DNA of 64,000 nt from the human T2T-CHM13v2.0 reference genome, Homo sapiens, in the NCBI RefSeq assembly GCF_009914755.1, contig NC_060947.1; one strand, given 5' to 3'. The notes below the pieces were generated by a model that worked only from the letters and a program-made list of their open reading frames with translations, had not been told where the DNA came from and did no database searches. Position 1 is the first letter of the stretch. Every line of letters starts with the position of its first letter. The translations under genes and the position numbers were made by a program. Below, one piece after another: positions 43,070 to 64,000 of the stretch.

Positions 43070-45027
43070 TCAATTTGCTTGAGGCATAACAAGCTCGTAA
43101 TGGCCCACTTGGCCTTCCTGTTTGAGCTGATCTAGTAGGTCTTCCTTCCGTCTTTTTCTACCTACCACTAGGTACCTATCATGGCCCACCCCATGAGACT
43201 TACTCTTAAGACCATACTTCTGGGCAATCTGATGTATTTGCTTCCGTTCATCATTAGTCAGCTCTCTAGAGAAAGTCAAATCTGTGTGGCTCTCGGAGCG
43301 GGCGTAGTTTCTGATGATCTGTTCAATATCTCTCTTGGCAATTTTATTCACCCTCTCTACATCCAGACCAAGCCCTTCCCGCTTATGCTGCTCTTTCACT
43401 GAGATAGGCTCCCGTATGCCCTCACCAGATTTACCTAAACCACCACCAGTCCAACCCATCTTTCTCAGCAGCTGATTTCCAATATTATCTTCTTTGATTT
43501 GCTGTTTGTAAGCCTCCTCTGCTGAGCGGCCCTGAATTTCATTTCTTGAAATCACATCTTCAACAGCTCCTTTCTTCAAGTTGTTAATGACAGTTGGCTG
43601 GGTCTTTTTGAGGGTTTTCACAGCTTCCCCAGCAGCTTCATATTTGACAGTTTTCTTCACCCCAACTGCTTCTGCAATTACTTCACTCTCTAGAATCACT
43701 TTGCATTTCCAGCGGAGGCCTGTCATCCTTTCATAGACATACTCAACTGTCATTCGGTTAAACTGAGCTGTGTCGTTCAGCGTGCACACGGGATTTGAAG
43801 AATTCTCATAAACTACAAGATCCTTTATATCTTTCTTCTTTCCAGATCCTCTGGGTGAAGAGCCTGTATGGCATTGTGAACTTTTGACAGATGGATAAGT
43901 GGGCTGTGTTTTTTGAAGAATTTTCAAAGCCTCGTCGGCAGCTGCATGTTTACTTGTTTTCTTGGTTCCATAACCTTCAGCTAAGCAGTGATCTTGTAAA
44001 AACACTCGACAACGCCATGTGCGATTTGGCATCATCTCATATTTGTATTCAATTGACATCTTGTTGAATGAGGCAGAATTGTTAAGGATACCAATTGCAT
44101 CATTTGCATTTTCTGTAATGACAAAATTGGTCCAGTGTTTGGCAGAAGCATTAAAAATTGGCTGCCCGGAAGCATCTTTACCCAGCACCACCAGGTCTTC
44201 TGGTGGCTTCAGAGCTGGAGGAAATTCATAGGAGGACATGCCAATCTGACACACCACGAGGTCCTCTCCAAATGTATGCTTGAATTTCCGCCGGACAACT
44301 CTAACTTCAATACGTTTCTGCAAGAGTTTTACAGCTAGCTCTGTAGCTCGATCCCTGGACCCATTCTTGCTGCCAGCATAACCTGTAGTTAAGTAGATAT
44401 TTTGGCATCTAACTTCACAAGCATAGCCATCAGTTAGAAGTTTTTTATTTTTGGGGATGTCGGCAGGAGGAATTTCCTTTAAAGGAGCATATATATACTC
44501 AGGATTTGTCTTACACGCCTGAATACAACGAGTTAACATATATGTATAATTAATTTTATCAGATCCAGAAGTCATTTCTGGATTAGAAAGGTTCTTCCAG
44601 ATTGTCGCCGTTAATTTTTCAATAAAATACTGCTTCTCGGCTACCACAGACTCGGGAAATGTCTGTGATGGTGAAGGCTCAGGAGTTGACTGAGAGTTTG
44701 CCTGCTGTGATGTGGTGCTTGGGGCAGGGTTCCCACTGTCAAAATACATGTTGGCTGTTACAGGCTGGTCTTTTGTGAGAATGAATCCTGATGAATCACA
44801 ATACTGAGAATTCCCATCTTGTATACTGAAAGAGTCTTGAGTATAATCTTGGTAGATGTCTCTTGGCATGCTGGCAAAATGTGTTTGTTCATTTACCTCT
44901 TTTGTTTGAGGGCCATAAGGATCTTCCTGTCTTTCATCTTTTGAACTACTAGCTACAAAATGTACAGGCTCAAAACGAGGTCTCGCATGGAATTTGGAAC
45001 CGGCTTGCTTTTTAGGAGGATTTTGAC
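43070..45027 (-). CDS. NKRF: NKRF (NF-kB repressing factor) last coding exon: dsRBD-like repeats, G-patch (about 43360-43495), R3H (about 43160-43330)
   Basis: attctatag acceptor; 1958 nt open to TGA; NIGNQLLRKMGWTGGGLGKSGEG G-patch and RKQIH R3H signature; contains the 599-aa track ORF. Confidence 0.98.
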
Positions 45028-46100
45028 CTATAGAATGAGTGAAATTTACAATTCATTAAAATGGGAATATTTCAAAAGAACCAAGCAGGAAAATAGTACC
45101 AACCATATTATTTGCAAGCTGCATTGTTGGTACGAGATACTTCCATCACAAAAACTTCACGCCATTTGGGTGAAGAGACTCAATTATCAATGTAAGATTC
45201 CAGCATAAGGAGGGATGCTCCCTGTCTTTCCACATGTAAGGGAAGACCCTTGATAGAAAATATACCATTAAGTCAAGTATACAGGTCACCACCACACATG
45301 ACTGGTAGCTGCTTTTGCATCAAATGAGCTAAAGCACAGGTGAAGTATACTCTTCACTTGTGCTGGAAGGTGAAGTGGACTGGAAGATTGTTCCAGTACA
45401 ATCTCATACCACCCATGCTGAAAAGCTCACTTAAGGATTGAAAATGGAACAGATGGCTCTAATGCAAGACAGATAATGAGCAGAGGCAGTTACAAAGCCT
45501 TTCTCTTTTGTATCAGAGGTGAGTGACTCTGTGATGGTGCTTTACATAGTTGTGACTAAAAATCAAAGAAAAAGAATTATCAAAAGATTCAGAAAGTTTT
45601 CAACTTCAAAACCTCAGCTCTGACCCATTCATCACAAAAGGGTGTTTGCTCTATTTTCTTTCTAGAACAAACAACAGCTGGAAACTAATGATTTATGTGA
45701 GATGCCAAATTTAAAGCTATGGAAGAACTCTGATGAAGCTATACTAGACACTAGAGCTTCCTCCCTGTAACACTGCTCAGTAGAAAGCTCGTCCATCCTG
45801 GACCCATCCAAGAGGATTTAGTGACTTAGATGCTCAAGTGATCACAGTATAAGATTTTATTTAGAGGGCGGTTCCATGACATAAATTTCAAGGACTGCAT
45901 AATAACATGATTTCAATATTCTTAGTTTTCAATTCTATTTAGCATCCTCAAAAAATTGTATATAATTAAAAGCTAAAACTCTTTTACCCGTAAGAACTAA
46001 TGTTACCAATGTTATTTGAAATCTTATACCACACTCATATCATTTTTTTAAAGCCATGTTGTTTCTTCAAATCCCACCTTTCAGAAACAAGTATACTCAC

Positions 46101-46231
46101 CATCACATGTTGAGAGGTGGCGTTTTTGACCTTTGGAAGGTTTGGACAGCACCAGATCATATGAAGGCATCTCCCCAATATCAATACCTTCAGCCATTTG
46201 GAGAATTTTTTCCATCAAGCGTGGGCTGTAC
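46101..46231 (-). CDS. NKRF: NKRF internal coding exon (131 nt): (R)YSPRL-MEKILQMAEGIDIGEMPSYDLVLSKPSKGQKRHLSTCD(G); ATG 46215 starts the classical 690-aa form
   Basis: ttaacttaaatag acceptor; G|gtgagt donor; 115+1958 nt = 690 aa + stop. Confidence 0.96.
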
Positions 46232-46479
46232 CTATTTAAGTTAATATAATCTACAGTTAAAACAGGTAAGGATGTCTTTTTTAAAAAGCTTCAAAATAAG
46301 CCAGTCTTATAATTGCTCCCACAAGACTTTATCAACAGGGTATCTTGGCTATAAAACCAAAGAATCGGCCCTAAAATATTTACCCATCAAATGAATAATT
46401 ATGTTACTAATTAGGAAACAAGATTTTTCAGCATAAGACATACAAATATAAACTCAAAAAAATTTAGCAAAAACCTCAT

Positions 46480-50395
<3,916 letters not shown>

Positions 50396-50404
50396 ATGGC
50401 TCCT

Positions 50405-51042
<638 letters not shown>

Positions 51043-51515
51043 GGCTCCTTATGAAGATTGGCTGCTTGATAGAATAACATTTTACTACAGAGAAACAGAA
51101 ACAGGAGCTCAAGTGAAGTGTTGGTTATGACGGTTACCTGCTCTCCCTTCCTACCTTCAGAGCCTTCCCCAGCCTAGGACCAAAAAAGAGATTCCTGGTA
51201 GCATTTGGGAAGAAGTTCTGAAAATGAGTAACTATCATACCTTTACATGAATCAGTTCTGAACCAGAAGGAGGGTAACATTTTCCATTTTCAGTAGAACA
51301 GGTTGCACACCCATCACGTATCATTCCACGCAAAGCAGAAGTCAAGGCACAGTGGCCTCCCCGACAGACTGCTGGAAGCTAGCTCTGTTGTAACCTGTAC
51401 TTCCCACTGACAACTGTTGCTGCTAAAGCTAGCACGAGTATTTAAATACCAAGAGTAATTTTATTTTCATTGACTCTTATCTGAACATCAGAAAGCACAG
51501 TCTAAAACACAATAT

Positions 51516-55600
<4,085 letters not shown>

Positions 55601-56252
55601 GATAAGACTCCTGATATAAGTTAATAACATACACCCAGATTATTGATAATCTTTCAAAAGCTCTCACACCCATTTCATTAGCTAGTGATTTATGCACTCT
55701 CCCTACTATGTGCACAGTTTTGCAACATGAGCCCAGCCAACATCTATCTACCTTCCAAACACCAGTCTTGTATCAACCAGGAAAAGACAAATAAGGGAGC
55801 AAAGCTGGTTTCATTTTAAGGTATATTTTATCTATTAATTAATGTCTCATCAAAGGTAAATAGTAGGCCAGAATTCTCCTTCTAATCTTATTGATCAACA
55901 ATGACTGGAAAACTAAATGCCCCAGTTAATCAAACTGCTTTATTAAATATAAAGACACTATCTACAATTTTAAGTAAAAATCACACAGTTCTCTAGGCAT
56001 TCATATGTACAATTATTTAAGTGCTGTAGATGTAGTTGGTCAGAAAACTGAACTAATTTTTCACTAGCCACAAGACATATCTCAGAAATTGCCTGCAGAA
56101 AAAAATTCTTGGTTAAGTTGTTTACTTGGACGAAACAGACAAATGAAAAAATGAAGTGAAACAATTTTAGCCATTTGAGCTTTCTGGTTGCCTGGACAAT
56201 TAGGGAGAAAATGATTAAAAAACAGAATAGAAACATTTTTATTTTATCCTAC

Positions 56253-56440
56253 AAAGCAGTGGTTCTGAGAGTGCTGATCTCTGGATCAGCAACATCAGCA
56301 TCACCTGGGAACTTATCAAAAATACAAAATCTGAGGCCCCACCTCAGACCTACCGAGTCAGACACCCTGGGGCTGGGACCCAGCAATCTGTTTTAACAAG
56401 CCTAACAGGTGATTTTGACGTGTACTTAAGTTTGAACTCC
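56253..56440. mobile_element. MER5A
   Basis: cagtggttct...cagcatcacctgggaactt...cccagcaatctgttttaacaagcc...aggtgatt. Confidence 0.85.
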
Positions 56441-56736
56441 CCAGTTACAGAGTCAAGAAGATATTCAAATTTGTTCTGTGGAAATTGCCACCATCACCAA
56501 AAGGAATGAAATAAGGTCTGTTTCCCTGCACATTTGAGTTCCTCCTGGCTTGGTCTTATGATGAAGGAATTTTCAAAGATTTCTTTGACCTAGAAGTTTA
56601 TTTCAGCTCCAAGTAAAATGGAATACAAAACATTTTGCCAGAGGGAAAAAAGAGCAAGGAAATTCCTTTGTGCTATTCTTCACAGCCTGTTCCAAAAGTC
56701 AAGTGATAAACCTCGAGCAACAAATCAACAATTTAA

Positions 56737-57035
<299 letters not shown>

Positions 57036-57177
57036 TTAACAATTTAAGTTTAGAAAGAGCTATTTCACCATGTATTCTACAATTCACTTGAGAGAAGAGT
57101 ATTCTGCCACAGAAAACAAGAACTCTGCCAAAATCTACATTAACATCAACAAGTATTGGAACACAAGTTTTACCCAC

Positions 57178-57206
57178 CTGAAGATGAGAGGTAACATAAA
57201 GCCCAT
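57178..57206 (-). CDS. NKRF: NKRF alternative exon coding part MGFMLPLIF(R), giving a 705-aa isoform; probable exon 57178-57264
   Basis: ATG 57206; CAG|gtgggt donor in the same phase as exon 1; candidate acceptor cttccatatag at 57266-57265; peptide recalled as an annotated NKRF isoform N-terminus. Confidence 0.7.
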
Positions 57207-57614
57207 CTAAAGACTGCACTTGGTCCCTAGCTTCCAAGAGTCTTCATTGGCCCTTCCCTTTCTTCTATATGGAAGCTATCAGATATAATGCAAACATTAC
57301 TTTTCAGTTAAGCTATTTGATAATGTAATGGCAATTCTTGTATTAACTAAACTGACTTAGCTACAATGTAACATGGTGTACATACATAGTATGTACAATG
57401 TAGCATACATAGTATCCACAGATGCACCTGTGTGCACACACAACAGCCTGCAATTCTTGAGCCTTTAACACCAACTACCATTGGCCTACTTTGTGTTTTT
57501 AATGCCCTGGTTATGTACAAGGGTGTTGTTCTTGGAATTAAATCCTGAGATATAATGATGTGGCTTATGTTCAGTTACTTGCTTTCACTCATGATCCATC
57601 CTTCCCAAATATGG

Positions 57615-57950
57615 CAGCTGTGGCTCAGTGGAAAGAGCATCAGTCTGGGTATCAGAAGACCTAGGTCCTAGCCCCAGCTGTAAGACCTTGGAAACGTCAC
57701 TTAACTTCTTGGCCTCCACTGATTTAGCAGTAAAAATGAGATGCCACCTAATCCCCAAGGTTGTTGTAGGAAATGAAATAATAAATATTTAAAATGTGTT
57801 GTACATCATAAAGCTGTATACATCCACTCACTCCACACACATTTATTGAGCAGCTATTATTTAGCAGGCAATCTTCTAGGCACTGAGGATAAAGGTGTAA
57901 ACAAGAAAGCAAAATCCCTATCCTTAAGGGAGCTTCCATTCTAGTGGGAA
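57615..57950. mobile_element. MIR (about 57615-57815) and L2 3' end (about 57825-57950)
   Basis: cagtggaaagagca...tcagaagacctagg; catttattgagcagcta...ggagcttccattctagtggg. Confidence 0.7.
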
Positions 57951-59149
57951 GGTAAGATTTATTATTAACACAAAGGATAGTTATCCTCATTTAAGTTTTT
58001 GTTTTTATTTTAAGGATTCAGATTTCCGACAGCCTTCTGTGATATTATGGAGACTTACGATTATAGGATAAAGGTAACTTTTGAACTCAAGAACAACACT
58101 GTTAGGCAAAGGTCAAGTAGATTTATCTGACTTGTTCAATAACTAAGGCTTCTTCAGTTGTAACCAGTTCCTCCTAATCATTATCTCTGGAGGTAGAAAT
58201 TATGCTAACCTTGAGAAGACAGAAAAGTAATGTCTGTGATGAGAGCAAAGTATATCACACTGAATGCCATGTTCAATAATTAAGGGCAGGAGGAGACAAT
58301 CCTATTTTTCTGCATCTGTTACAGTCACTCCTGGAACTGAACTGGCCAAAATTGACATGATCATATTCCAGAATCTCTCACCCTTCCTGATTTAAAAAAA
58401 AAAAAAAACAAAAACAAAAACAAAAAACTATGATTGCAGGAATGTCAAAAGAAGTCGTCTCCCAATCTATCAAAGAATGAATAGTCTAGTATAGGGCCGA
58501 TTTAGGGGTTCTGAAGGACAGAGGTCCAAGTAGCCTCTTCAAAAAAAAAAAAACAAACAAAACACGCTGCGTTGGAACCATACTGCAGTCTCCATTGAAT
58601 GCAAAGAGCTTTCAAAGAGGCCTGTTCAAAACGTCACCAGGTTCTAGGAAAGGGGGGAAAAACAAACACACACACACCCCCACCCCCACCACAGACACAC
58701 ACACCTAAAACCTCACTCAGAGCCAAATGTTAATCCTTCTGATCCCATTTAGGGTAAAAAGAGGGCAATCCATTTTTACAGTAGATATATCCATTTCTTT
58801 GTTTGAGTCCAGACACATTATGCGCAAATCTACAAGCAAGGCTGACGCTGCTGCGGCTCAGAGAGCTGATACGTACCGCCTCCCCAGGAGAAGACAGTAA
58901 GACCCTGCTAGGGGGCTGCAAGTAGAGGGGGGTATTTAAGAGGAATGGAAAAAGAGAGTGGTCAGGAGGAGACTAGAACAGTGGGGTCCCCTCGCCCTTC
59001 CCCCACAACTCCAACTGTCGAATATATTCTCTGCGGATACTGCATCCTTGGAAGGCCCTACGCAGGTCCGAGATGCTGCTATTCATCATTCCCCACGTCC
59101 TCTAATACCGCCACCAACTACAATGACCACCTCTCAATAATCCTCTTCT

Positions 59150-60400
59150 AGGCGCTGCTTCATCTCCATCCCTGGTCCTGGAGAGGCCGCTTCCGCGATC
59201 TCTGCACCCTCCTAGCTGTTATGTCATGCCCAGCCACCACAGTCGGCCACCCCACCCCCAGGCCAATAGTGATCCCTCTAGTGCCCTCCAGCACCTCCAA
59301 ATCTCCAGCCTCCAACCTATCCTCCGCATCCCGCCCCCGTCCCTATCCCAACCACCATCATCGATCCCTCCAGCGCCGTCCCTAACCCGATCCCCCATCA
59401 CCGATCTCTCACCCCCGTCCCTAACCCGACACCCACACCTTCCTCACCTGCAGCCCAGGAAGACGTGGTTGGTCCAGGCGGCGGAGAGCGCGAGGAGCTG
59501 GTCGAGGGCAGCCCCGGGATAGCTGTGCAGGTGCCGACAGATGAAGCTGCGCCGCAGAGCCCACTGCCAGTCACTTTCGTGGCTATAGCGCCACTGCTCC
59601 AGCACTGGCTCGGGCGGGGGCGGCGGGAGGGGCGGCAGCGGCGGCGGCGGGAGGGGGGGCAGCGGCGGCGGCGACAGGAAGTCGCCCCCCAACAGCAGAC
59701 GTCCTCCAGCCATCTTCTCCGCCCCCAAGCAGGGACCCCAGGGACGAAGCCGACTACGGACCGCGAGCTAGGCAGCTAGCAAGCGGGCGGAAACGGGGGG
59801 CCGGTGGGAGGGGCCGGGTAAGGAGGGGCGCGCTGAGGGGAGAAGATCAACTCTCGGGGGGACTGGAGTGTGTGCGTGGGGGCCACCGTTAGGAGGAAAA
59901 GAGGAGCACGAGCTCGCGTCCCGACACTGGGATGCACGTCCCCTACACTCCTCTAACTCGTGGAGGAGCAGAAGGGCTTCCGCCGCACTCACGCGCGAGC
60001 CGGGGAGGCCGAGTCAGGCTCCGCACCTCCACGGATCCGCAGACCCACGCACTGCGCGGAGAGCGATAAAAGACCCCAGCACGCTCTGCTCCCCTCCTCT
60101 AGGTTCTAGCCTACCTACCCGCGTGCCGTCCGGGGTTGTGAGGCCAGTGCGCTTGCGCCGCGGCTGTTCCCTAACTTCCAAATCCCGTCGCAGAATCTCG
60201 CGCGACGTACTTTTTTCCCTCCAGTGACGACTACGGGCCTTTGACGCACTACGGTGACAAGCGGAAGGCGGGGACTCCAGAAAGGGAATTTAGGAAGGTT
60301 CTCTGAGGTTCGAGAATATGGTTAGAAGGTGCCCTCAGATGAATGTTGGTAGCCCACGGCTCGTCTGACGCTTTTCCCTGGATTTTTAAGCGGCGCGACA
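59150..60400 (-). promoter_or_regulatory. NKRF CpG island/promoter; NRF1-like TGCGCTTGCGC 60148-60158, TCTCGCGCGA (BANP/ZBTB33-like) about 60196-60205, YY1-like AAGATGGC over the start codon
   Basis: High CpG/GC content and motif matches. Confidence 0.8.
59448..59713 (-). CDS. NKRF: NKRF first coding exon: Pro-rich N-terminus plus N-terminal part of the XRN2-binding domain; full-length product 784 aa
   Basis: AAGATGG strong Kozak; in-frame upstream TAG at 59770-59768; AG|gtgagg donor in phase with exon 46231; ES..W..RR.F...LS..W.NHVFLGCRY XTBD pattern. Confidence 0.9.
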
Positions 60401-61299
60401 GTGAGACCATGTTCCTTGTAAGGGATTTAGGTCTGCACTGGACTTTACATTAAAACAAAACAAAACAGTCAGCTCCCCGAGGTGCCTTTTCTTCAGAGAG
60501 TAGCTTGAAATGCTCTGTGCATCGTGCATCATTAGCTTTGTGTAATAGCTTACTGCGGAAACGTAGTAAAAATGAAACACTTGCCAAGGAAATCATCCAC
60601 AGCGCCGCTTCTCAAGTTAGCCAGTTTCAAGTCCATACTGTATCCCAATTACGAACACAGATACTGTTTACACAGTTCTGATCACGATTGCAAGTCTGTA
60701 TTTCACGTATCAACTTAAGTGCAAAAGATTACAAGATACAAAAGGGGCCCACAGAAGAGGGTACTGCAAGGTAGAGCCGCTCAATCACTGTAGCCAAATG
60801 TATCACTCCACCCGGAGTCAGCTTCACTCAATAACTTCAGTCCCTATCTGCCAACCTGTGTCACGAAAGCAGTTAATCAATGAGTGTCTGTCGGCGGGAA
60901 TTTACACAGCACCTACTGTGTGCTCAATACAGCAAGAGTACAAAAAAGAAGGAAAGAAAGTGGGTTTTCTCTGTTGTCCTGGAATTGACTACAATCTTGG
61001 TGGGGAGAAATAGCCCTGCATAAAACTAAATGTTCCACCAGGAGCCGGACCATTGGATGAGGTGGCTTTAACACACTACCATCTTTAACTCTTTAATGAC
61101 GTATTTCTAATTATATGACACTTTATGTTAGGGGTGTATTAGACTGAGAGGAGCAGAAGATAACAGCACTTTACACACTTTCATAATTTATTTCCACGTC
61201 TGTCTTTCTCCGTGGTGGGCATTCATGTTTATTGGGGTAACAATCGAAATGTTTTTAAAAAGTTCACAAGGTGATACATGCTGTGAAGAAAATAAAACA

Positions 61300-61668
<369 letters not shown>

Positions 61669-62353
61669 TCATCTCATCATTGCCAACAACTATCTCTACA
61701 GCCTTCGGCAAGACACTTCACCTCTGTGGCCTTATTTTTCTCACTCGTACAATCATTACTTGAATTTATTATCTCTAACCTTCCTTCGTAGTACTATATT
61801 CTTTGATTTGATGGTTTAGAGACTAACATTACCTCAATAAACATGAATGCCCACCATAGAGAAAGACAGACATGGAAATACAGAATTCTGAAACTGAAAA
61901 GTGCTGTTATCTTCTGCTCTTCTCAGTCCAATACACCCCTACGCATAAGGTGTCATATAGTTAGAAATATGTCATTAGAGAGTTAAAGAGGGCACTGAGT
62001 CAAAGCCACCTCATCCAGTGGTCCTACTGCTGGTGGCACATTTAGTTTTACATAGGGCTATTTCTCCCTACCCAGCTTGTAATCAATTTCAGGACAACAG
62101 AGAAAAACCACTTTCTTTCCTTTTTGTATTCTTGCTGTATTCCACTGGAATGTCAGTTACATGAAAGCATGGAACTCATCTGTTTTGGTCTTAGCACCTA
62201 TACCTTGATCCTGCAGGCACTCCAGAGATATTTGTTGAATTAAATGCATAAATGAATGAAGCTCTTCCTTTTGTCTCAACCCAGTGAAAATCATTTCCTT
62301 GGAGCCTACATTTTAAGCTGATTTGTTATTTTATAATTAGATTAATTTCAGCC

Positions 62354-62763
62354 TGCTATTGTTTGAGTGTGTCCCCTTCAAAATTTAAGTGTTGAAACTT
62401 AATGGCTGATGTGATGGTATTAAAAGGTGGGACCTTTAAGAGGTCATTAAGCCATGAGAGCTCCTCCCTCAGGAATGGGATTAAGGACCTAATGAAAGAG
62501 GCTTTAATCGGTGTTTGGTCACTTGCCCTTTGCCTTCTGCCATGTGCGGATATAACACTCCTCTCCCCTTGTTGCTGGAGGATGCAGCAACAAGGCACCA
62601 TCTTGGAAGCAGAGAGCAGAGAGCTGCCCCAACCAGACAACTGAACCTTCTGGTGCCTTAATCTTGGATTTCCCAGGCTCTGGAACTCTGAGAAATAAAT
62701 ATATATTCTTTATAAGTCTCAGGTCTCAGTATCTTGTTATAGCAGCATAAATGGACTAAGACA
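62354..62763 (+). mobile_element. Solo MST/MLT1A-type MaLR LTR
   Basis: TG...CA ends (tgctattgtttg...ggactaagaca); 5-bp TSD cagcc/tagcc; internal aataaa. Confidence 0.85.
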
Positions 62764-63253
62764 TAGCCTAAGTTGCCAACTTTCACCAAAATCCGCATTG
62801 TAATAAATATACATCTTTCCTAGAAAACAATCTGTGAAAAGATAAACTACTTCCTCTCAGCCTGGATTAAAACTTTTCCGTTGTATAGAAACAAATAATT
62901 GTAATCTGACTTTTGAAATTGGATTACAAAATAAAAGGTGTTGGAACTGATGTAAGAGGCCATCTGCTCTGGAACAACCATAACAGGATTCCATTTGTAA
63001 ATCCCACTAAGGAATAAGCAGTTTCATCCATAGAACACAAATTTCCAGGATTCTCCATGTCCTTCTCTCCCTGGTATCCTTCTGATTACAAAAAAATCCA
63101 TCAGCCAATCTATTTTAGCCCATTCCTTTCTCACAGTCACAGAGGGTTTCTCAGTGAGCAGGAGTTAAAACCCCTGAGAAGAAATACATTAGTTGAAGAG
63201 AGGTGTAGGCATAGATAATAAAGGTTGCCATTACAATCCTAAACAATCCAGAA

Positions 63254-63939
<686 letters not shown>

Positions 63940-64000
63940 GTGTCACTGTCTTAAGACACATAAACCCCCGTTTTGACTGCTTTGAGCTTCCTTTCCTGCT

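Noticed and set aside
43070-44869. 599-aa ORF as a stand-alone intronless gene or retrocopy
   Set aside because: Frame stays open to an acceptor at 45027 and joins upstream exons
59465-60227. Plus-strand ORFs antisense to NKRF exon 1
   Set aside because: Expected shadows of a GC-rich coding exon and island

Overview
Primate, most likely human, Alu-dense euchromatic DNA. The gene order STEEP1(CXorf56)-UBE2A-NKRF is the one I recall for Xq24. Three spliced protein-coding genes can be rebuilt by hand from splice signals. (1) STEEP1/CXorf56 exons 1-2 lie on the minus strand and the gene continues off the left edge. (2) UBE2A (RAD6A) is complete on the plus strand: 6 coding exons, 152 aa, one GC-AG intron. 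(3) NKRF is complete on the minus strand and convergent with UBE2A. Splicing NKRF from its CpG-island exon gives a 784-aa protein with an N-terminal Pro-rich tract and an XRN2-binding domain (XTBD) split across the first intron; the classical 690-aa form lacks it. A small intronic exon places a TAG directly before an in-frame ATG and could switch the XTBD off. The rest of the window is about 60 Alu elements plus L1, L2, MIR, MaLR/MER21 LTRs and MER DNA transposon fragments. Almost all short ORFs in the supplied track are repeat-derived noise. Repeat family calls are from memory of the consensus sequences and their boundaries are approximate.
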